DNA from: an uncultured Planctomycetaceae bacterium
Lineage (GTDB): Bacteria; Planctomycetota; UBA8742; UBA2392; JABWBM01
Direction of reading: 5' to 3'
NCBI GenBank assembly: GCA_964548115.1
Contig: CAZJPQ010000016.1
Span: forward strand, 4,591 to 68,590
DNA length: 64,000 bases
Positions 57,227-64,000 of this stretch are shown in pieces (the stretch's first letter is position 1; every line of letters starts with the position of its first letter). The notes below the pieces were generated by a model. That model was not told the origin of the DNA. It made no database searches and saw only the letters and a list, made by a program, of their open reading frames with translations. The translations under genes were made by a program, and so were the position numbers.

Positions 57227-58399
57227 CTATAGAGTCTTAAAGCTTTGAAGCAGACTTTCGAAGCTCGCACGGTGGAGATCAAAATTTTCGGGCGCAGCAC
57301 TCAGGGTTAGAATATAACTTTGCTTTGATCCAAAAAGCACCACGATCCATTGTTTTAAAGTCTGTTCTGGTTGAGCATTTTTCCAGCCGATAGCTTTGTC
57401 TCCAGCTTTTCGTTTTCCTTCCAGGATAATTTCATAACCACTTAATTTTCCCCATTGGTTTTCCTGGGCCTGATGCTTGATGAAACTTTCTGGTCCAAAA
57501 CTTTGAACCAGGGTTTTTTCGAAAGTTGTGATGAAGTTTTGACGAGCTCTTTTACCTTGAAACGAAGCTTCTAGAGAGGTTATGCGAATTCCTGTGAGTG
57601 TTGGCTTTGCTTCTTTGACAATTGGTGCTCCCAGATAAATACTTTTGTCCTGGCGTTTTCTAATCCAATCAAAGCCTTCAGAGTTTTTCGGAGATTCAAA
57701 AGAAAAACCAAGCTTTGGATAGACAAGGGGTTGTGAAGAGGCTGAAGCCTTTGTTTCTAAGCTGCGAGCAAGTTGCTTTTGGGTAAGAAAGTCATCGTCA
57801 GCATTTTTTTCTCGGGTAGTGAGCACAAAAATATAAATTCCGTCATGTGTAAAAACAAAACGGTGTTCCTGAATTCGAGGTTGATCACTGAGATAAAGTC
57901 TTAAGGCCGTGCTTTTCCAAGTTCCGAGATCTTCTTCAATCACGGGTTCTAAAACTGCTGGCAGATTATTTGGTGGAAGAAGTCTGGCTGCATAAAGGTT
58001 TGTAAAATCTTTCTGAAGTTCAGGAGCAACCTGATAAGCTTCTCGGTAAAGATCAATGCTTCGAGAGGTGCTTAGAGCTCTTGGTTCCAGTGAAAGCTCA
58101 GCTCCAAAACGAGAGCTTTCGTCAGTTCTTTCCCAATCTTCAGGAGGCTGGAGTGAAAAATCTGATGTTTCAATAAGCTCAAGCGTTTTAGGCTTTGAGC
58201 TCAACTCGGGTTCTTTTTGAAGCTTTTGTTCTTTATGAGGATTATCAGAAGCAGAGAGTTTCTTCGGAAGATCAGATCCCTGACTTTGAAGGGATGAAGC
58301 TTGAGAAAGCGTCACCCATGAAAAAAGAAACACTCCTGAAAAGCAAGAGAGCAAGAGTGTCAAATGCTCTTTCAACCCTTTTTTGAAGATCAAATTCAT
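57227..58399 (-). CDS. Hypothetical secreted protein (390 aa), last gene of the hemJ-hemC operon
   Basis: Signal/TM helix (LTLLLSCFSGVFLFSWVTLSQA). No motif recognised. Confidence 0.45.
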   Translation of the reverse strand: MNLIFKKGLKEHLTLLLSCFSGVFLFSWVTLSQASSLQSQGSDLPKKLSASDNPHKEQKLQKEPELSSKPKTLELIETSDFSLQPPEDWERTDESSRFGAELSLEPRALSTSRSIDLYREAYQVAPELQKDFTNLYAARLLPPNNLPAVLEPVIEEDLGTWKSTALRLYLSDQPRIQEHRFVFTHDGIYIFVLTTREKNADDDFLTQKQLARSLETKASASSQPLVYPKLGFSFESPKNSEGFDWIRKRQDKSIYLGAPIVKEAKPTLTGIRITSLEASFQGKRARQNFITTFEKTLVQSFGPESFIKHQAQENQWGKLSGYEIILEGKRKAGDKAIGWKNAQPEQTLKQWIVVLFGSKQSYILTLSAAPENFDLHRASFESLLQSFKTL

Positions 58400-58458
58400 G
58401 GTTGTGCTCCTGAAAGAACTGAACTGGAAGAAGTTGCTGCTAGAACCGATTGGGAAGC

Positions 58459-59496
58459 CTAGCTTTTATTCGGTTGTTTTAATTCCTGCATGATAGCTTG
58501 CCCACCGTTTTTCTTAAGGGTTTTGGAAAACGCTTTAAGGATATCTTGTTTTTCTTGTGGAAAAAACTCAATACTACTTCGAACGCTTTGCTGACCATCG
58601 GGAGAAAAGATTCCAGCTTCAAGCTCAAGCTTTCCGGTCTTGGCAAGTTGACTGTAAACCCCTGCAGGGATTGAGCAGCCTCCTTCAAGATGAGCTAAGA
58701 GAATCCTCTCGCTTTCTCCTAAGAGCCGACTTTCCTGATGATCAACCTCTTTTAAGATATCTAGCACCCGTTGATCTCCCTGGCGTCCTTCAACAGCTAT
58801 AATCCCTTGGCCAAAAGCTGGAAGCCACTCCAGAGGATCAAGAGGAAAAGCAATCACTTCATCAGCAAACTCTAAATCATGAAACTCAAGTCCGTCTGAC
58901 GGAAGTCCATGCTCTGGCCTTAAAAACCCTAGACGTACCAGTCCAGCCAGCGCCAGTATCGTTCCATCACAGACGCTTTCGGCAATTTTTCGTAGTCGCG
59001 TATCAACATTGCCGCGAAACTCTCGCATTTCAAGATCTGGACGAAGCATGCAAGCTTGGGCCTGACGACGAAGAGACGAAGTCCCAAAAAGAGCATTCTC
59101 AGGTAAGTAATCAAAGGGAGTGAAAGAAGTATTTTCTTCGTCGGCGACTGATTGCATACGATCCCGACGCATGATCAGGACGTCTCGAACATCTGCACGT
59201 TCTAAGAAAGCTGAAATTTCAAAGCCAGTGGGGAGTGTTGTGGGCAAATCCTTCAGGCTGTGAACGGCAAGATCGCAGCGTTTTTCTGCCAAAGCGGTCT
59301 CAAGTTCGGCTGTAAAAAGGCCCTTGCCGCCAATCTCTGAGAGTCCAAGTTCGGTGACCTGATCTCCCTTGGTTTGAATCGTGCAAAGTTCAATTTCCAG
59401 GTTTGGATTTTTTTTTCGCAAACAATCCGCAAGATAATTGGTTTGCCAGAGAGCTAAACGCGAACCGCGAGTTGCAATGGAAAGATGCTCAGTCAT
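58459..59496 (-). CDS. hemC: Hydroxymethylbilane synthase (porphobilinogen deaminase, HemC)
   Basis: IATRGSRLALWQT...EIGGKGLFTAELE...DLAVHSLKDLPT, plus the dipyrromethane cofactor Cys region (HLEGGCSIP). Confidence 0.88.
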   Translation of the reverse strand: MTEHLSIATRGSRLALWQTNYLADCLRKKNPNLEIELCTIQTKGDQVTELGLSEIGGKGLFTAELETALAEKRCDLAVHSLKDLPTTLPTGFEISAFLERADVRDVLIMRRDRMQSVADEENTSFTPFDYLPENALFGTSSLRRQAQACMLRPDLEMREFRGNVDTRLRKIAESVCDGTILALAGLVRLGFLRPEHGLPSDGLEFHDLEFADEVIAFPLDPLEWLPAFGQGIIAVEGRQGDQRVLDILKEVDHQESRLLGESERILLAHLEGGCSIPAGVYSQLAKTGKLELEAGIFSPDGQQSVRSSIEFFPQEKQDILKAFSKTLKKNGGQAIMQELKQPNKS

Positions 59497-59557
59497 GGAT
59501 GTTTCCTTAAGAAAACCCGCTTGTCTTTATGGAAAGTGCTTGTTTCTTTAAGCCTTG

Positions 59558-60568
59558 TTATTCCAGTCGTTTGATAATGTGAAAACCATAAGGGCTGGTC
59601 ATTGTATCGTAATTACTGACTCCAACCTCTCCGGGTTTAAGTTTCCAGCCAACATTACCGAAAGCAGGAACCATCCCACTCCGCAGAAAAATAAGCTTTC
59701 CACGATCTGGCTGTCCCTCACTAATCATGGTGTAGATCCCTTTTCCAGAGTCATCGCTCAATTCTTTAACGAGTCCATGGAAATCTTCACCAGCAAGAGC
59801 GCGTTGATAGGTCTTGGCTGCTAGCTCTTCGGCTTGGATTAAATTTCGGGTTACGCCCGGCAGTCCTGAAGCTTGAACTGCTATTAGAATATGCACCACC
59901 TTAATTTTTTTTACGTCTTGCTCTGGGCGCTTTTTGATTTCCTCGATATGCTGCCGCAGCTTTTCCACGGATGTTTTTGTGTCTATTTCTTTGTTTTCAT
60001 TGATGCTTTCTTTGATGCTTTCTTTGGTTTGAGGAGTTTCTGTTGCAAAGGCATTGCCTTTTAAAGGACCAGCTTTCATCAGGATTACAATTGCAATAAT
60101 CAGAAACGCCATCAGTCCATGCAATATTTTGAAGTGTTTGGCTGGAGGAAGTTCTTTACCTTGATCAAGCCTGACGATCTGACGCCCCATATAAAAATCA
60201 AGTCCAAGGAGGGCTGCCACAATCACAAACTTCAGGTGAAAGGTTACATACCAAAAGCTTTTTGAACCGGCTATATCTTTTGGTTTGAAATAGCGACCTA
60301 AGGAGTCCCCTAATGTGCCCGGTTGTCCTACTCCGAAAAGCAGAAGCAGTCCAAAGATAAGTGCTAAAGCGAGACCTGGAAGTGTCACAAAGAAGTACAT
60401 GCGTTTTTCCATCCAGCTTAAACGCTTGCGCACTCCTTCTTCTTCACGAACGTGATAGCCAAGAAGACGAGAAAGATTCAAAAGGCCCCCAAGGTAGATA
60501 AAAAGGCCAATCAAGTGAAACGTTATAAACCAACTCTTTGCGTCCATATTTTTCCATACCTCTTTCAA
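59558..60568 (-). CDS. Fusion protein: HemJ-like (UPF0093) membrane domain, putative protoporphyrinogen IX oxidase, plus a C-terminal parvulin-type PPIase domain
   Basis: N-terminus SWFITFHLIGLFIYLGGLLNLSRLLGYH plus three or four further TM helices matches the HemJ pattern (WFKAFHIIG...RLFVYH). A charged linker follows. C-terminus: KIKVVHILIAVQ...GKGIYTMISEGQ...MVPAFGNVGWKLKPGEVG...SPYGFHIIKRLE, a parvulin (PpiC) fold. Confidence 0.55.
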   Translation of the reverse strand: MKEVWKNMDAKSWFITFHLIGLFIYLGGLLNLSRLLGYHVREEEGVRKRLSWMEKRMYFFVTLPGLALALIFGLLLLFGVGQPGTLGDSLGRYFKPKDIAGSKSFWYVTFHLKFVIVAALLGLDFYMGRQIVRLDQGKELPPAKHFKILHGLMAFLIIAIVILMKAGPLKGNAFATETPQTKESIKESINENKEIDTKTSVEKLRQHIEEIKKRPEQDVKKIKVVHILIAVQASGLPGVTRNLIQAEELAAKTYQRALAGEDFHGLVKELSDDSGKGIYTMISEGQPDRGKLIFLRSGMVPAFGNVGWKLKPGEVGVSNYDTMTSPYGFHIIKRLE

Positions 60569-60672
60569 AATTTATGAATAACCCACGTTCTTTCAAAATA
60601 TGTTCTGAGATCGTTCAATACTATCTCAGTAAAAAACTATCGTCTGTAAAAATACTTTTAAGTCTCATTAAA

Positions 60673-61215
60673 TCATTCATAAGAATGGAGCACACTGACA
60701 CTTCCATCTTCAGCATAGCGTAACCAGACACCGCTTGGAGAACCATAATAGTATTGTCCTTCTTTGCGTTTGTGTTTTTCTTTCCATTCGGTCCAGGAAC
60801 CATGCCTTTGTCCATTCTTGTAGTCTTCTTCCCAGCGCACTCCTGCTCGATACCAGATCAGACGTCGCCCATTTTCCTTACCTTTAATGAAATGGCGAAT
60901 AGCTTTCATCTGGCCATCAGGATACCAGCTTTTCCATTCTCCTTCAGCAAGCCCATCCTGGTAGAGACAAAGACCTGCCAACTGGCCATTTTTGTGCCAT
61001 TTTTTCCAAGTCCCGTGACGCAAGCCTTTTTTATACAAGCCCTCACAGCGCTTTTGCCCGTTGTGATGCCAGGCGGTAAAGTTCCCTTCTAAAGTGTTTG
61101 AAAGGTACTCGGCTTCTGATTTTCTACTGCCATCGGGATAAGATGTTCTTACGATCTCAGTTGAAGGGCTCGCTTGCAAGGGAATTTTCTCCAACTCCAT
61201 TTCTTCTTCATTCAT
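60673..61215 (-). CDS. MORN-repeat (MORN_2 variant) protein
   Basis: Repeated G.W..W..NGQ / GL...G.W..W motifs (GEWKSWYPDGQ, GTWKKWHKNGQ, GSWTEWKEKHK). Confidence 0.65.
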   Translation of the reverse strand: MNEEEMELEKIPLQASPSTEIVRTSYPDGSRKSEAEYLSNTLEGNFTAWHHNGQKRCEGLYKKGLRHGTWKKWHKNGQLAGLCLYQDGLAEGEWKSWYPDGQMKAIRHFIKGKENGRRLIWYRAGVRWEEDYKNGQRHGSWTEWKEKHKRKEGQYYYGSPSGVWLRYAEDGSVSVLHSYE

Positions 61216-61520
61216 GACAATTGCTTTTAGAACTCATACAGGTTTGGAAACCTTTTTCAGAAAGCACTATACTATTCAGAGCCTAGATTTTCGATCAAAT
61301 CTCACTTTCTGTATTTCGCTGAAAATTTGAGATCTCATGCTTTGAGATCATCATAGTGTTTTATTTCTTTTGAAAGTTAGGATTTATAACGCCCCAAAGC
61401 TCTGGCTTGAAAGTTCCACCAGCCATTTTCAAGCGAAGCTTGCTTTGGTCTGGAGATTAAAGTATAGCCATAGTGTAAGAGATTTTTATGGGCTGATATA
61501 CAATAGCTGAGGAAAGGGCA

Positions 61521-62891
61521 ATGGGTAAAACGGCTCTTGGTACAGTCGGGTTTCTTTCACTCGGATGTGCTAAAAACCTTATTGATTCAGAGACGATGCT
61601 GGGACGTGTTGCTGAAGAAGGTTTCGTCATTACGGGCAATCATCAGCAGGCTGATGTTGTGGTTGTGAATACCTGTGGCTTCCTTGAGTCTGCTCGTCAG
61701 GAATCACTCACAACTATTCGTGGCTTGATTGAACGTAAGGCAGAAGGTCAGCTTAAACGAGTTGTTGTGGCAGGTTGCATGGTCGGCGAGTACCAGGAAC
61801 GCTTGCTTCAAGAGGTTCCTCAAGTTGATGCGATGGTGAGTGTTAATGATCGCGAAAAACTTGTTGAGGTGCTTCGTGAACTGCGAGGCTCTGGGGAGCT
61901 TGGGCAACACTTGCGAATGAGTGATCCCGATCGGCAGGGAACGGTTTATGATGACCGTGGTCGCTTTCGCCTTACGCCACGACACTATGCTTATCTCAGG
62001 ATTGCAGAAGGCTGCGATCATACCTGTAGCTTCTGTATTATTCCAACGATCCGTGGCCGCTTCCGTTCAAAACCCATGGAGCTGATTCTTGAAGAAGCTC
62101 GAGAACTTGTTGCTGATGGGGCTCGGGAGTTGATTCTTGTTGCTCAGGATACGACGTATTATGGTATTGATATCGAAGGCAAATCTTTGCTTGCAAAACT
62201 TATGAAGCGTCTGGCACGGGAAGTTGATGGGCTTGAATGGATACGCTTGATGTATGCCTATCCTCATCAGGTGACCCCTGAATTGATTGAGGTAATGGCA
62301 GAAGAAGAAAAAATCCTGCCCTATCTTGACATGCCTCTACAACACGTTAACCAAAGGCTTTTAAAGGATATGCGCAGGGGAGGTTCTCAAAAGTTGATCG
62401 AGCAACAGGTTGAAGCTTTTCGCGCTGCCATGCCTGACTTTTGTTTAAGAACAACCTTTATTGTAGGTTTCCCTGGCGAAGAAGAACACGAGTTTGAAGA
62501 ACTCTTGGCTTGGGTTCAAGCTGGCTGGGCCCAACGAGTCGGTTGTTTTGTGTATAGCCCCGAACCGGGCAGCCGAGCAGTTGAACTTAAAAATCAAGAA
62601 GTTGAAGAAGCCATTGCTTTGAAACGTCAGGAGCGTTTGATGCAGGCCGCTCAAAGCGTGCTGTTTGAACGTAACCAGAAGCAGCTGGAACAAGAGGTTC
62701 GTGTCATCATTGATGGTGATTCTCAGGATCCTCAATATCCATTTCTTGCCCGTACTTATGCTGACTGTCCCGAAATCGACTGCGAAGTTTTGGTCAAGAG
62801 TAATCGATCACTCAAAGCGGGAGATTTTATGAACGTTCGTATCAAAGCATCATTGGGGTATGACTTGCTTGCTGAAAGCATTGAGGCTTAA
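61521..62891 (+). CDS. rimO: Ribosomal protein S12 methylthiotransferase RimO (MiaB-family radical SAM with TRAM domain)
   Basis: MTTase N-terminal domain with FLSLGCAKN...NTCGF (Cys triad). Radical SAM CxxxCxxC motif in AEGCDHTCSFCIIP. C-terminal TRAM domain. Confidence 0.88.
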   Translation: MGKTALGTVGFLSLGCAKNLIDSETMLGRVAEEGFVITGNHQQADVVVVNTCGFLESARQESLTTIRGLIERKAEGQLKRVVVAGCMVGEYQERLLQEVPQVDAMVSVNDREKLVEVLRELRGSGELGQHLRMSDPDRQGTVYDDRGRFRLTPRHYAYLRIAEGCDHTCSFCIIPTIRGRFRSKPMELILEEARELVADGARELILVAQDTTYYGIDIEGKSLLAKLMKRLAREVDGLEWIRLMYAYPHQVTPELIEVMAEEEKILPYLDMPLQHVNQRLLKDMRRGGSQKLIEQQVEAFRAAMPDFCLRTTFIVGFPGEEEHEFEELLAWVQAGWAQRVGCFVYSPEPGSRAVELKNQEVEEAIALKRQERLMQAAQSVLFERNQKQLEQEVRVIIDGDSQDPQYPFLARTYADCPEIDCEVLVKSNRSLKAGDFMNVRIKASLGYDLLAESIEA

Positions 62892-63916
62892 GACTCTGTT
62901 TTTCTTTGAAGCTGCGGAAGAATTACTTCCTGCCAGGCTGGAACTTCAGAAAAGCTTTGGAAAAGAGGCTCGTTGAGGACTTGCTTTGGCTCAACTTCAG
63001 CTTTTGTCAAGAGCTTATTTAAAAGCTGAAGGCAACGCTTGGTGTCTCCTAAACCAGCATGAGCCCGGGCTGCTTGAAAACGAGCTTCTGGATGGCGCGG
63101 AAGTTTCATGAAAATCTCTGAGCACACTTCGATGGCCTCTTCATATTGGGCTTCTTGAATCAAACGCTTTTGCTCTTCCAGCAAGGGCAGCACCCGTTGA
63201 AGATTAAGCCGATACTGAAGACGCTTTATAAAGGGATCAACTTTGAAGCGTAACTCCAGAGAATCACTGGCTTGAAATGCTCGTAATTGCCGAAGCCCTT
63301 CTTCAGGCTCAAATAATTCAGCAATCACATCAAAAGCTTTATCTTGAACCTGATCATCAGAATCTTTGCTTAAACGCAAAGCGGCTGCGGTGGCCTGTTT
63401 CTGGGCCTTGCGCCCTAAAAGCTCCAGGCTCTTGAGACGCAGTGCGGGATTGTCATCATGGGTGAGAAAAAGCAGTACGGACTGCTCTTGAGCCTGCTCG
63501 GCTTGAGAAGCAGCGTTGAGCTTTTCCAGACGCTCCAGCAAAAGCAGCTTTTGCTGAAGGTCTCCACTCTCAGCATACTCAGAAGCCAAGGCCCAAAGGC
63601 TCCCTGGGGTAAGGCTTTTTAACAAAAGTAAACGATAGCCATTTGTTCCAAGCTGCCACAAACGCTTGAGCTCCTTATCAAGCTTTCTTCGAAGCTCCAG
63701 CGAATCGTAGGCAATAGCTGCGGCTTGAGTGTGAATGGCAAGCGTACGCTCCCGCAAAAGCGTAGCAATGAGGCTTATGAGACGCTCGTCTAACACGTCC
63801 TCATCAGGTGTTGATTCTATAATGTTCTTCAGAACAAAGAGTCCCCCCATACGCGCGGTCTCTTCAGAGTCGGGGCTTAGGGCCGTGCGAAGATCTTCAA
63901 AGTCGGTATCGTTCAT
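62888..63916 (-). CDS. Hypothetical alpha-helical repeat protein (HEAT/TPR-like)
   Basis: ORF overlapping the rimO stop by 4 nt. Start chosen at MNDTDFEDL, which follows an AGGAAAAG RBS. The listed ORF extends 17 codons further upstream. Confidence 0.45.
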   Translation of the reverse strand: MNDTDFEDLRTALSPDSEETARMGGLFVLKNIIESTPDEDVLDERLISLIATLLRERTLAIHTQAAAIAYDSLELRRKLDKELKRLWQLGTNGYRLLLLKSLTPGSLWALASEYAESGDLQQKLLLLERLEKLNAASQAEQAQEQSVLLFLTHDDNPALRLKSLELLGRKAQKQATAAALRLSKDSDDQVQDKAFDVIAELFEPEEGLRQLRAFQASDSLELRFKVDPFIKRLQYRLNLQRVLPLLEEQKRLIQEAQYEEAIEVCSEIFMKLPRHPEARFQAARAHAGLGDTKRCLQLLNKLLTKAEVEPKQVLNEPLFQSFSEVPAWQEVILPQLQRKTES

Positions 63917-64000
63917 GATCTCTTTTCCTGGAAGCTTTGCTTTTCCCTTTGAACTCTGGGCTCTCAAAGCCTTTCCTATGCTACGTTGATCTCTATAGAA

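Overview
Chromosomal segment from a flagellated Gram-negative bacterium, about 45-50% GC. The gene content (giant repeat proteins, a Hanks-type kinase with WD40 and TPR domains, FG-GAP repeats, PilZ and MORN proteins) suggests a Planctomycetes/Verrucomicrobia-like or Bdellovibrio-like lineage; that assignment is inference only. No CRISPR array, transposase, integrase or recognisable phage or defense genes were found.

Housekeeping genes: purE, dapA, purN, yebC, ispF, dxs, pepP, hemC, rimO, a split ftcD pair, a murein amidase and one tRNA-Gly(GCC).

Accessory and lineage-specific content:
- Three giant genes: a 1561-aa beta-helical secreted protein, a 2336-aa transmembrane eukaryotic-like Ser/Thr kinase with WD40 and TPR ectodomains, and a 1617-aa FG-GAP protein with four tandem repeats of about 250 aa. 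Both giant secreted proteins end in a similar Cys/Gly-hydrophobic-basic tail that looks like a sorting signal.
- Two tandem 75%-identical long flagellin paralogs. Each 5' leader carries a hairpin with GGA in the loop plus a GGA-containing Shine-Dalgarno, the CsrA/FliW-type signature. They are followed by a pair of HTH-WYL-WCX (PafBC-like) regulators.
- A YcgR-like and a stand-alone PilZ c-di-GMP receptor.
- An orphan BoxB-like diiron oxygenase beside a TetR regulator.
- An unusual HemJ-parvulin fusion gene in a hem operon.
- An aconitase-family fusion with LeuD-like then LeuC-like domain order.
- A 3-kb islet of small unknown membrane and acidic proteins between ispF and dxs.
- A candidate lysine-riboswitch-like leader upstream of dapA.

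All calls rest on reading motifs in the supplied translations. No searches were run. Coordinates of small RNA and regulatory elements may be off by 1-2 nt.
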